From contig PAOW01000029.1 in the NCBI GenBank assembly GCA_002710015.1, positions 39,009 to 102,543 of the forward strand: a stretch of DNA of 63,535 nt, written 5' to 3'. Position 1 is the stretch's first letter, and each line of letters opens with the position of its first letter. Below the pieces are notes generated by a model. It was not told where the DNA came from. It made no database searches and saw nothing but the letters and a program-made list of their open reading frames with translations. The DNA is from Methanobacteriota archaeon (lineage in GTDB: Archaea; Thermoplasmatota; Poseidoniia; Poseidoniales; Poseidoniaceae). Made by a program: the position numbers and the translations under genes. Positions 1 to 9,388 of the stretch are shown here, piece by piece.

Positions 1-1070
1 TGTCTTAGGTAGCTGTATGAAGAGCTGTAACAGTATCCGTAGTATATGTAACAGTATCCACCAGCGTTCCTTGTGACAGAGATGGATGGGTCAATTGCCA
101 ATGGGAACTGGCGGTCTTCATCCATCAACCAGTCAGTATCTACTGCTGTTGTCAAAAATACTGTGTTTCCAAATACCTGAACAAAGTAAGTTGCATGATA
201 TGGTTCTTCTGCGTCCATCTCGATTACAACTGGCACTGGGATTGTTGCTAGTAAGTCTCCTGTTTCGAGATTGCGGATTGCAAGCTCGTCTTGAGTTTGA
301 GTAATCTCTTCACGAATTACATCGTTACCCAGGAACAGACCGTATCCTGCTGGAAGGCGCATTTGCTCGGTTAGACCGAAGAATGCAACGCTTTCATCGA
401 GAACAGGGCGGTCTCTAACAACAAGGTTTTGCTTTAGTTCGACTTCACCGACTGTGTAGTCAAGGTCAAAGCCCTCTGCGATTGGGTATCGAATGACGTT
501 ACCACCAACAGAAACACCGTTTTGTGAAGGTGTTGTCATGTATGGCTGTGCCATCTTACCACTCTCATCGACCGTTGTAACTACTGGGTTTAATCCAGTA
601 ACGATCGGGTCCACGTTAGGGTGGACCATCACAGAGACACCGTTGGCGATTTCGGATGCAAAAGAAACTTCATAGATGCTTTCTTTAACTTCCCAACCGT
701 CCAAGGTTGCCTTGATGTTGAGGTCTATTTCTTCCCAAGATCCAGTGCTGCTCATGTAGTGCACTGGTTCTGCGGTAGTCAACAGAGCGGTCTTTCCATC
801 TTCAGTGAGGAAAGCCTTCTGGTTCATTGACCTCATACCCTCTAATTCAGAGGTTTCATCGTATTCATATTGTGCAGGCTCGTAGACATCTGGCAGAGCC
901 AAGAAATCATTGCTATCTTCGTTTGCAACTGCTTTCTCAGTTTCCACCTGAGGAGCTTCGTTCTGTACGAAATTGGTCATTGTCATTCCAACCATTAGCG
1001 CACAGAGCAATAGGGCAATTCCTACTCCTCCCATTATTGTCTTTTTCTTCGTGTTTTTGTTTCCCAACAT
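1..1070 (-). CDS. secreted or membrane-anchored hypothetical protein, N-terminal ~356 codons only (3' end lies beyond the left edge)
   Basis: Absent from the ORF track because it runs off the window edge. I translated the reverse strand by hand from ATG 1070 (alternative GTG 1073; AGGAG 8-11 nt upstream; in-frame TAA at 1086-1088 closes the frame upstream). I checked most of the frame codon by codon and found no stop down to position 1. The N-terminus MLGNKNTKKKTIMGGVGIALLLCALMVGMTM is a basic region plus hydrophobic helix. No family recognised. Confidence 0.6.
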   Translation of the reverse strand, partial: MLGNKNTKKKTIMGGVGIALLLCALMVGMTMTNFVQNEAPQVETEKAVANEDSNDFLALPDVYEPAQYEYDETSELEGMRSMNQKAFLTEDGKTALLTTAEPVHYMSSTGSWEEIDLNIKATLDGWEVKESIYEVSFASEIANGVSVMVHPNVDPIVTGLNPVVTTVDESGKMAQPYMTTPSQNGVSVGGNVIRYPIAEGFDLDYTVGEVELKQNLVVRDRPVLDESVAFFGLTEQMRLPAGYGLFLGNDVIREEITQTQDELAIRNLETGDLLATIPVPVVIEMDAEEPYHATYFVQVFGNTVFLTTAVDTDWLMDEDRQFPLAIDPSISVTRNAGGYCYIYYGYCYSSSYSYLR

Positions 1071-1560
1071 CACGTCATCATCTCCTTACGGACTGTATGC
1101 ACTTGCACTCAGGAACTGTATCCCTTATGAGCATTGGGGTGCATGTCCTTTGAGATGTACCCCAAGAGAGAGAAAATTAAGGTTTGATTTTCTCATAGAT
1201 TATCACAAAATGTAGGAGATCTCTCCTAATACTCGATACCTAAAAATGGTACAAAAAGTTACCGGCATTTTGGACTGTAAAACGCTCACTGCTTCACATT
1301 CACAACCAAATTTAATTTCGAACAACAACAATTTCCAAGAAAAATAAATTACATTTCTCAAAACTCCTGAAATCTAATCGAAGAAAAATGTATCTTAATT
1401 CTAAACAAACAAAGGATTAGAATTAGTGTAATAAGTAAAGTGATTAAATTTGCGCCGTTTTATGTCTGTAGAAATAATATGAAAATGATAAATTATTATG
1501 ATCAAATAAAGATAGATTTGAATCAAAATAATCCGTAATAAATCAAGAAAGAAAGGGGAG

Positions 1561-1590
1561 CCAAAGTGAGCGGCGAACCGCTCACTTTGG
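1561..1590 (-). terminator. perfect 13-bp stem with 4-nt loop, followed by a T-rich tract, downstream of the 1637..4795 gene
   Basis: CCAAAGTGAGCGG-CGAA-CCGCTCACTTTGG is a perfect inverted repeat. On the transcribed (minus) strand the loop reads UUCG and the stem is followed by CTCCCCTTTCTTTCTTGATTTATT. It lies 47 nt past the stop at 1637. A second small hairpin (cggtt-ttca-aaccg) sits at 1597..1610. Confidence 0.5.
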
Positions 1591-1636
1591 CAGCCTCGGT
1601 TTTCAAACCGTTTAGCTTAGTTGCTAATTCCTGAGA

Positions 1637-4600
1637 TCAGTAATCCCAGTCTTTGCCGTCGTCAGCATCTCCTCCACGAGAGAGGATGAAAGCTCCAACT
1701 ACAAACGCTACTACAACCAATCCGATGATTACGCCCCATGTCCAAGTTGGGACCTCTCCATCAGAGGAGTCGTCGGATGTTCCGACTGTTGTACACTCAT
1801 CTGGGTTGTCTGCCTTATATGTTGCATCTTCACAGGGGTCCGCAATTGCGCCTCCCACAAGTTGGATGTCAGTTCCTGGAGCAGACCAACCTTGGTTGCC
1901 CTTGTCATCGTAAGGTATTGCTGCGAAGTAATATGTGCCAGATGGCTGACCACTGTTGGATATGCTTACTGAACTTGCTGTTCCAGCATCTTCACATGTT
2001 GAAGGCATTGCATCTCCAGCCATCCAAGAGCCTCTCTGCCAGCAGACCTTCCAGCCTTCTACATCAGATGCGTCTCCAGATACTGTCCATGAAACCGTCC
2101 AAGAGTTTCCTGATGCTGCGTTAGCCACAGTCATTTGTGTAGCAGTTGCATCTCCATCAACTTGGCTGTCAGCAGTTGCTGAGGCCGTTGCGTTTCCATC
2201 TTGACAATCAGCGACATTGCAGACCTTCAAAGTGTAAGTGTATGTTACTCCATGCTCGGTTTGTGTTTGTCCATCAAGGGAATCTGCAACAGTGTTAATG
2301 TCAACGTTAGTGGTGGTGCAATCGCCATTAGAAGGACAAATCTCCATCTCTAGATAGTCTACACCTGGAACTGTTGTTCCTTCATAACCCCATGATGCAG
2401 TTATTGTTCCACCTGCGCTAGCAATTGCAACAAGGTCAACAACACGTGCATCAGGTTTCTCAATGATTTGAAGTTCTCCGCCCATCAACACAATTTCTCC
2501 TTGAGGCATAACTTGACCTAGCGAACTTAGATCAATATCAATTGAACCATCGGTTGCAGTTGTTGTTATTGTTGCATCAAGTTGTGCCCAGTTGCCATTG
2601 CTAATCCAGAATACGCTTGTTGGCGCTAATGTGGATGCATCATATGTCATGGACACCGTCTGTGAATAGACATCTTCAGGCATGTATGTTGTTGTTGGTG
2701 AATAATCAATTACTGCAACTGAGTTGTATTCTCCAGCATATCCGAAATCTGTTAAGTCCTGTGTGTAGGAAGCTGAGCTATCTTCCCATGTGTCTATACC
2801 AAATGAACTACCGTCGTATGTCAAATCATATGTCAATCCAATTCCGGAGTCTGTTTCAGCAGACACAACAATCTGATTCCAAACAAATATGTTAGTGAAG
2901 TCCTGAGCATATGATCCATACTCGTCAGATACTCTGACTGTGTAAGTGTTGACTCCAGCCCACTCTGAAGTCAGTGCGATTAGATTGCATGTAGAGAATT
3001 CAGGACCTACACCATTACAATCTGAAGGTATTAGGATAGTGCTGTTTAACTGAGTCTCCATAGCAGGGTGTGTCCACTCGTATGAGAGAGAAAGTCCTGC
3101 ATCATCATCTGCGTCGAATGCGTCTGCGACCAATGTGATTAGACCATCTGGTCCTGCAATGATTGAGTTAGCATCTTGCTCGACAGTCATGGATACACTA
3201 GGTCTGTTGTTTAGAGCAGAGATTCCATACATATCTGCATCGTTGTTCCTCGCAGACATGTCGCTTACTGTTCCTCCAACCATAGATACGGTTGCTGTGA
3301 TGTTGTAAACTCCTGGTGCGAATTCAAACCACATACATGCTTGTCCCATCTCAAATGCGGTTCCTTGAGCCATATCGTCACCTAGCAACTTGTGCTCGTA
3401 TATTTCGCCGAATCCGAATGTGCAGTTGTCTGCATCTTCAGTAACAGTAGCTCCCGTGACAGTGTTTTCGACTGTGAAGGTAACCTTCCAGTCATACAAC
3501 ACTTGAATGTCGCTTCCTCTGTGCATGACTGTTGCTTGGATGCTTGACCATGCAGGATTTAGAGGACCATCGTTGATTCCTGGCATGGATGGTTGTCCTG
3601 TTGGAAGACCATCCTCATCTAGAACATATCCTTGGTTTATGACAAGTCCTGTGATTCCAATGTCGTGGAAAGTCTGAACCTTTCCTTCAATCATATCTTC
3701 ACTAGTTGCTGCAACATCGTCTTGAGACTGCTCGACTTCACAGAAGTGGATGTAAGTGACTGATGTTCCATTCTCGCTGCTTCTATCGTCAACGGTTTCT
3801 TCACAGTCTGGCAACTGACCATATAAGGTGTAACTGATCAAGTTGACTTCTATACTGTAATCTCCGCTGCCTCCGCTAGTATCTGGAGAAACTGATCCGA
3901 AGAATTCATACTCATCTTCAAAATCAATTACAAACCTGCTAGCGTTGCTAACATTGTTTTCATCGGTTTGGTGTCGGAATACCTCAGACATTGTGCTTGT
4001 TCCTAAATCTGTAACAATAGTCTTTCCTAGAATGTCATCGCCTGTACTAGAGGTTGCACTGCTTAGTGTTCCTTGAATATCTAGCTCAAGAGTAACATTC
4101 CTAGCTGACCATTCGGATGAACCTCCTGTGGTAACTTTTAGTGTGAATGCCTTGTCCCCAGCTCCACCTTCAATTTCCTTTCCAGTGTCCCACGATAGGT
4201 CAACGATTATGTCGGTCCAATCTACAACTGAAACTGGAATTTCATTTTCGTCGTTACCGGGTTCTGTGTCGCCGATAGCATTTGCTTCGACAACGATTAG
4301 GTAATCGCCAGTTTCTGGAACCCAAGTTACCGGTGCGCCTTGGTAGGCCATGGTATACCTACCATAGTCCAGAAGCTCTGAACTAGCCAGCGAGGACCAT
4401 GGACATACGTTTGCGTCGTCACAAACTACGTCTCCGTTGACCCATGAAAGGTCATTGCCTGCAAGGTCTTTGGCTATGTTTCCTCTTGCACCATTTTCCG
4501 AGAGGTAAACAGTTAGAGTTACTCCCATTTCATCAATGGATGTGTCACCAACGTTTTCGATAAACATCTCAAAGTGGACGTCTTCTCCTGCTCTCAGTGT

Positions 4601-4795
4601 GTGTAACTTTTCTCCGGTTACGGTGTCTGTCGTTGTCGCTCTTGGCGACAGTATGTCTGTGACAGAGGCGTCGGGTCCTGCTCGACCATCTGCTTCTACC
4701 ATATTTCTATCTTCCAGTTCAGCCCAATCAAGTGCTGCTAGTGAAGTACTAGCCATCATGATTATCGCCAAAATTATTGGGGTCAGTTTGCTCAT
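1637..4795 (-). CDS. large cell-surface protein (signal peptide, PKD-like and FN3-like modules, C-terminal TM anchor)
   Basis: Track ORF 1637..4810 begins with TTG. GGAGGAG lies 6 nt before the ATG at 4795, giving the signal peptide MSKLTPIILAIIMMASTSLAAL. A PKD-like stretch (LSLSYEWTHP...YTVRVSDEYG) and two FN3-like stretches (ITASWGYEG..., WTVSWTVSGD..GWKVCW) are present. C-terminal helix WGVIIGLVVVAFVVGAFIL is followed by the tail DADDGKDWDY. Confidence 0.8.
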   Translation of the reverse strand: MSKLTPIILAIIMMASTSLAALDWAELEDRNMVEADGRAGPDASVTDILSPRATTTDTVTGEKLHTLRAGEDVHFEMFIENVGDTSIDEMGVTLTVYLSENGARGNIAKDLAGNDLSWVNGDVVCDDANVCPWSSLASSELLDYGRYTMAYQGAPVTWVPETGDYLIVVEANAIGDTEPGNDENEIPVSVVDWTDIIVDLSWDTGKEIEGGAGDKAFTLKVTTGGSSEWSARNVTLELDIQGTLSSATSSTGDDILGKTIVTDLGTSTMSEVFRHQTDENNVSNASRFVIDFEDEYEFFGSVSPDTSGGSGDYSIEVNLISYTLYGQLPDCEETVDDRSSENGTSVTYIHFCEVEQSQDDVAATSEDMIEGKVQTFHDIGITGLVINQGYVLDEDGLPTGQPSMPGINDGPLNPAWSSIQATVMHRGSDIQVLYDWKVTFTVENTVTGATVTEDADNCTFGFGEIYEHKLLGDDMAQGTAFEMGQACMWFEFAPGVYNITATVSMVGGTVSDMSARNNDADMYGISALNNRPSVSMTVEQDANSIIAGPDGLITLVADAFDADDDAGLSLSYEWTHPAMETQLNSTILIPSDCNGVGPEFSTCNLIALTSEWAGVNTYTVRVSDEYGSYAQDFTNIFVWNQIVVSAETDSGIGLTYDLTYDGSSFGIDTWEDSSASYTQDLTDFGYAGEYNSVAVIDYSPTTTYMPEDVYSQTVSMTYDASTLAPTSVFWISNGNWAQLDATITTTATDGSIDIDLSSLGQVMPQGEIVLMGGELQIIEKPDARVVDLVAIASAGGTITASWGYEGTTVPGVDYLEMEICPSNGDCTTTNVDINTVADSLDGQTQTEHGVTYTYTLKVCNVADCQDGNATASATADSQVDGDATATQMTVANAASGNSWTVSWTVSGDASDVEGWKVCWQRGSWMAGDAMPSTCEDAGTASSVSISNSGQPSGTYYFAAIPYDDKGNQGWSAPGTDIQLVGGAIADPCEDATYKADNPDECTTVGTSDDSSDGEVPTWTWGVIIGLVVVAFVVGAFILSRGGDADDGKDWDY

Positions 4796-4934
4796 TGTCA
4801 TCTCCTCCAAAAGGGTCGGTTGGTCTCCCCAAGCCCTATAGGGTATTTATCTCTTGGCAACATTTACTCCCAAAAAAACGATTAAATAATGATAAAGATA
4901 GAGTTATTATTTAGCATGCAGTTACTCGTTTTGT

Positions 4935-4942
4935 AAAAAAAA
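4935..4942 (-). terminator. oligo-T (T8) tract downstream of the ABC permease gene
   Basis: An A8 run on the plus strand is T8 on the coding (minus) strand, about 85 nt after the stop at 5025. Oligo-T runs are the usual archaeal termination signal. The position fits the end of the ABC operon, ahead of the next gene's promoter. Confidence 0.35.
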
Positions 4943-5024
4943 TATCAGATTTTTAGTCACTTTCGGGTAGCTCATGAACAAATCTCAAGATGTAAGTTTG
5001 AGATAACCTGTTCCAAACAACATA

Positions 5025-8000
5025 TCAGTCTACGACAGATATTGCTTCAGAGGGAGAAATACTGACTGCCCTTTTGACAGGGATTATTGTGGAAATCATA
5101 ACCAAAATCCATCCTCCAGTGATTATCAATATAATCTCCTGCCATGGAAGAATCAAGTCAACATTTTGTTCTTTCCAAAACGTGCTGTGTAGAGCAACAT
5201 GGAAACCAACTGCTACCAACGCACCATTGATGATTCCCATCAATGATGTCCAACTGACCTCAATAAGCATGCTGGACATCACCATTTTCTTTCTAAAACC
5301 TAAGGCCCTTAGCATTCCAATTTCATTCGAACGCTCGCTAACTGAACGGTATGTTACAACACCGATTCCTCCGATACCCACTATCAATCCTAGTGCTAAG
5401 TATGCTTGGAAAATAAGCAAAATTGCAAAAACTAAGCCTAAGATTAACAAAATATCATCCTTGATAATGGATGAGTTTACCCCTTGACTAGCTAAATCCT
5501 TGGTCAGGCTTTCTTCTAATTCACTAGACTCTAAATTTGAATCATGCGAAACATAGATTCTTGTAACGACTCCTCCATACTGATCGTTTACTATTTCACC
5601 GTCCATCCAAATACCTGCTGAGAACAACTGACTTGACTGCGAAAGGATTCCTCCAACCGTCACATTTCTGGCATTTCCCGGGTTTGAAATATCAATTAGC
5701 AAAATTGATTTTCCAATTGATAAACTCAACCCTGAAATGGATTCTCCAGTGTTAGGATCGACCAAGGCAAAAGAGCTATCGATAAACACAATATTTGGAT
5801 TAGATTTTACTGATTTCCATGCTTCAATTTGAGTCTGTCCAAGAGCCCTATCCCAGTCTTCTAATGGGATTGCTCCGTGTTCTACAAACCCAGTATCCAC
5901 ACCTCGTAATATGTATGGGATTCTATCCTCTCCTTCCTCGACCCAAACTACTGCCCTTGAGATTCTACCTATAGCATCTATATCCTCGATTGTAGAATTT
6001 GATAGATTCCATTCATTTACATCATCCGAAAGCTCAAGAGGTAATTGTCTTGACGAGGAAAGTAAAATCTCGAACTCTCCACTAGCATCTTCAACATATC
6101 CGCTTGAATGCTCTTCAAACTGAACGGAATAACCTGCTAGTACAATTACGCTGAACACTGTCAGAGAGAACATTCCCATGATAACCGCCGTTTTCAGAGG
6201 AGTTGATGATGGATAGGCAAGAGATATTCGCGTGACTGCGCCGAATTTCTTTGAAAAAGGTGAGCGTTCTACTAGCCATGATGCAATTCTTGGTGCCAGC
6301 CCAGTAAGAACCATGACTCCTGCAATAACTTGAATCATCCCTTGAACTGCAAATGTAACCTCGTCTGGTTTAACACCATTACTGACAGGAACCCAAGAAT
6401 CAGGAGTTAATGCCCACAAAATCAAACAAATACCAACCGATGAAATTGTATTACGACCAGTGTTACTTATTTTCATTTTTCTTAGATGAGGAATCACGTA
6501 AGTGAAAACTGGGATTATTCCAATTATTAGTAATGATACTGAAAGGTGCCACATAGCAAATCTAAGAGAGGAGTTTGATTCCAAAGTAAGTATGGTTAGG
6601 CCAGAGAGCAATCCACCACCGGTAAATGAAATCATTAACAATAACAACCACCATGGTATCCCTCGTTTCCTAGCAGGAGAAAGTCCACGAAGTGCTTCAA
6701 CAATGCTGAGTTTACTTGTCCAGAAAGCAGTCAAATATAGCGTAAACATTGCTATTAGGAAGCCTGCTGATGCCCCTATTAGCATACTCTCAAAGGAAAA
6801 TGAATAATCGATGCCATCCGCTCCTGCGCTTGAAAATACACTGCTAAATGCCATAGCTACAATCCAAGCGAGAAGTAGGCCAAAGAAACCTCCAATTACA
6901 GATGCGATTGAAGAATTAATCATTCCCTCCATAAGCGAAAGTGATCGCATATCCGACCGCTTCATACCGATAGCCCTGATAACCCCCTCATCCATTCTTC
7001 TTGAATTTGCAAGCATAATTATTATTGTTAAAACGAGTAACAAGCCTGCACCAATTGTGAATGCGCCAAACACAAGGAACATCGCAGACAAGACACCAGC
7101 ACCCTCTTCAGCAGCAATCAGCGCTTCCTCCTTGGCTGCAACTATTCGCAAATCCATAGATTCAACACCCGAATAATCATCTAACCAAGATTCGATTTCG
7201 GTATTGTTACCTTCTGTTATTACGAGAATACTTCTTTCTCCATCCTCGCTTGAAGCAAGTATTTCTCCGTCAGTGAGGTTTACAAAACCTATGATGATAG
7301 ATTCCAATTCATCAATTCCTGGTGCCTCAAGAGAAGTCATATTGCCATCAATTTTCAAGATATGAGGAGTGTTATCACCGTATGCCCATGGAACCAAACC
7401 GTTCAACAGCACATTATTCGATTGATTTAGGAGTGATAATCTGGAAGATATCAATAATTTGCCTTGTTCCGGAGAGAGTTGCCCGTCTGTTGCTAGCAAC
7501 ATTTGTGGCATGACCCCAAAGCCTCCAATGTCAACTGAAGAAGGTAATCTTGGAACAATATTCTGAGATGCGACAATCGTTCCAAATGATGTAGAACACA
7601 ATAATTCTTGATCCATTTCGAAAACTCTGTTATCACAGTCTGCAGGTATAACTGATTCAAAAGAAACGCTTCCATTGAATGAGTAAAGGCTTCCATTATT
7701 AGACACGTAGCCGCCTCTGAAAGCTAGCCAGTTTTCTGGGGATTTTACGCCAGACAATGTTTCCCATCCCGAATTTTGCGACCCCACCATTAATTCATTA
7801 TCGAAATGAAGCCACTCTCCTGTCAAATTCAATTTTTCCCATGAATTTTCAGAATACCGATGCACCTCTGACCCTGTCAGATGTTTTACTGCGATGTAAT
7901 CTATTTCGGAATCCCTTAGGTAATCAATAGAAAAAATAGTCTCTGGCAAATCAGGTAATTCTTGTGTGAAAAGTGCTGCTAATTGCTTTTCTTCTCCTTT

Positions 8001-9386
8001 GAGATGATGAATCACATCATCATCATCAGAATCGTTCGGTATTTCCACTAAACCATTGGTATATGCAACAAGAAGTGAATTTTCAAGAAGTGTTACGTCA
8101 TTGATTAATCCACCGTCCGGTGCTTCCCAACTATGAACTCCACCGTTTCTCTCCTTCTGGAACGAAACTCCTCCGCCAGACACATACCAGTCACCTTCGT
8201 CAGTTGCTAGAATCTCAGTGATTCTATCATCAGGCAGTGAAAGGATTTTTGCCTCCTGTTGGATTTGAATTAATGGTATCTGGAGAACTTCCATAACAGA
8301 ACCAGATTCAACAAGAGATGATTCATTTTCATGCCATGAATCCATAAACTTGGAGTCCAATCTTCCCAAGCCATTTGTATTTGAAATAGATATTGCATCC
8401 TCGCTTGTCGATATTTCAAATCCTGAGGATTCATAACCGATTAAATCGTCTAAAACAGAGGATATGTCATCAACCTGGCCAGTTGCATCTTCACTATCGG
8501 ATAGCGAGATTCTTAGCATATTCACCTTGTTTTCTTTCGATTGGTACAGTTGTGAAATCTCCAGCGAGGTGAACAGGGCTGGGGATTTGGAACCAGCCAT
8601 AGAACCCTTACCTTCCATTGGTATAACAGAAGTGATTGTCAAATTCTGATAAGAACGCTCTAGTTCTGCATCATCAGTATATGAGAACCAGGTCAACTCG
8701 ATAACATCTCCATTCTCAACCCCCAATTCATCAGAGACAACTTGGTTGATAGCAACACCTTCCCAACCAGAATAAGCAAACCAAGCGGCTGATGGTATAG
8801 CAAGTCCGACCTCATTAGATATTGTTGCAACACTATCTATTCCATGATTCCATTTATCTGCGATTCCAGATGAAGTTAGTTCTTGACCAAATGAGGAAGT
8901 AAGATTAGAATCCAAATCAAATGAGAATCCCGTTCTTCTGTCTTTTTGGAATATCTGGATATCTGTGTCTCCATATATCGCTTCAACCTCCTTGCTCAAA
9001 GTTGCGTCTAAACTGTCGCCGATTACTAGAGATGAGGTGATTATAGAGGATGCAATAAGGAGTCCTGCCATCATCAGCGCTGCTTGACGAGGTCTTCTGC
9101 GAATTTGCTGCCATGACAGTCTAAAGGTCACTTGCCTGCGGGGAGACAAGAAAGGCTGGAGAAGCATACATGAGATTATGCCGATCGAAATGACTGAGGC
9201 CCACTTACCAAAAAATCCAATTTCGAAAAAGTCGAGTAAATACCAAGTTAACCAAGCATCGACAACTGGCCCAAATAAAAGTACAAAACGGTAATATGAC
9301 TTTTCGAAATCATTACGCAGCACCCATGTTGATGTAATGCTGATGGGTAAAATCAGCAAAAATACAATCATGGTTTCAATTAGCAT
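5025..9386 (-). CDS. ABC transporter permease, MacB/FtsX type, fused double module with very large extracytoplasmic domains (1453 aa)
   Basis: Two FtsX-type C-terminal modules are present (..IRAIGMKRSDMRSLSLMEG.. and ..IGMLRALGFRKKMVMSSMLIE..). Each is preceded by a TM helix and a long hydrophilic domain. The N-terminal module opens with the typical RLSWQQIRRRPRQAALMMAGLLIA. ATG 9386 lies 2 nt after the ATPase stop, with GAGGA upstream. Confidence 0.85.
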   Translation of the reverse strand: MLIETMIVFLLILPISITSTWVLRNDFEKSYYRFVLLFGPVVDAWLTWYLLDFFEIGFFGKWASVISIGIISCMLLQPFLSPRRQVTFRLSWQQIRRRPRQAALMMAGLLIASSIITSSLVIGDSLDATLSKEVEAIYGDTDIQIFQKDRRTGFSFDLDSNLTSSFGQELTSSGIADKWNHGIDSVATISNEVGLAIPSAAWFAYSGWEGVAINQVVSDELGVENGDVIELTWFSYTDDAELERSYQNLTITSVIPMEGKGSMAGSKSPALFTSLEISQLYQSKENKVNMLRISLSDSEDATGQVDDISSVLDDLIGYESSGFEISTSEDAISISNTNGLGRLDSKFMDSWHENESSLVESGSVMEVLQIPLIQIQQEAKILSLPDDRITEILATDEGDWYVSGGGVSFQKERNGGVHSWEAPDGGLINDVTLLENSLLVAYTNGLVEIPNDSDDDDVIHHLKGEEKQLAALFTQELPDLPETIFSIDYLRDSEIDYIAVKHLTGSEVHRYSENSWEKLNLTGEWLHFDNELMVGSQNSGWETLSGVKSPENWLAFRGGYVSNNGSLYSFNGSVSFESVIPADCDNRVFEMDQELLCSTSFGTIVASQNIVPRLPSSVDIGGFGVMPQMLLATDGQLSPEQGKLLISSRLSLLNQSNNVLLNGLVPWAYGDNTPHILKIDGNMTSLEAPGIDELESIIIGFVNLTDGEILASSEDGERSILVITEGNNTEIESWLDDYSGVESMDLRIVAAKEEALIAAEEGAGVLSAMFLVFGAFTIGAGLLLVLTIIIMLANSRRMDEGVIRAIGMKRSDMRSLSLMEGMINSSIASVIGGFFGLLLAWIVAMAFSSVFSSAGADGIDYSFSFESMLIGASAGFLIAMFTLYLTAFWTSKLSIVEALRGLSPARKRGIPWWLLLLMISFTGGGLLSGLTILTLESNSSLRFAMWHLSVSLLIIGIIPVFTYVIPHLRKMKISNTGRNTISSVGICLILWALTPDSWVPVSNGVKPDEVTFAVQGMIQVIAGVMVLTGLAPRIASWLVERSPFSKKFGAVTRISLAYPSSTPLKTAVIMGMFSLTVFSVIVLAGYSVQFEEHSSGYVEDASGEFEILLSSSRQLPLELSDDVNEWNLSNSTIEDIDAIGRISRAVVWVEEGEDRIPYILRGVDTGFVEHGAIPLEDWDRALGQTQIEAWKSVKSNPNIVFIDSSFALVDPNTGESISGLSLSIGKSILLIDISNPGNARNVTVGGILSQSSQLFSAGIWMDGEIVNDQYGGVVTRIYVSHDSNLESSELEESLTKDLASQGVNSSIIKDDILLILGLVFAILLIFQAYLALGLIVGIGGIGVVTYRSVSERSNEIGMLRALGFRKKMVMSSMLIEVSWTSLMGIINGALVAVGFHVALHSTFWKEQNVDLILPWQEIILIITGGWILVMISTIIPVKRAVSISPSEAISVVD

Positions 9387-9388
9387 AA

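Noticed and set aside
1653-2895. Overlapping short ORFs on both strands within the 1637..4795 surface-protein gene
   Set aside because: The same reasoning applies. They are alternative frames of a 1057-aa ORF that has a signal peptide, recognisable modules and a TM anchor.
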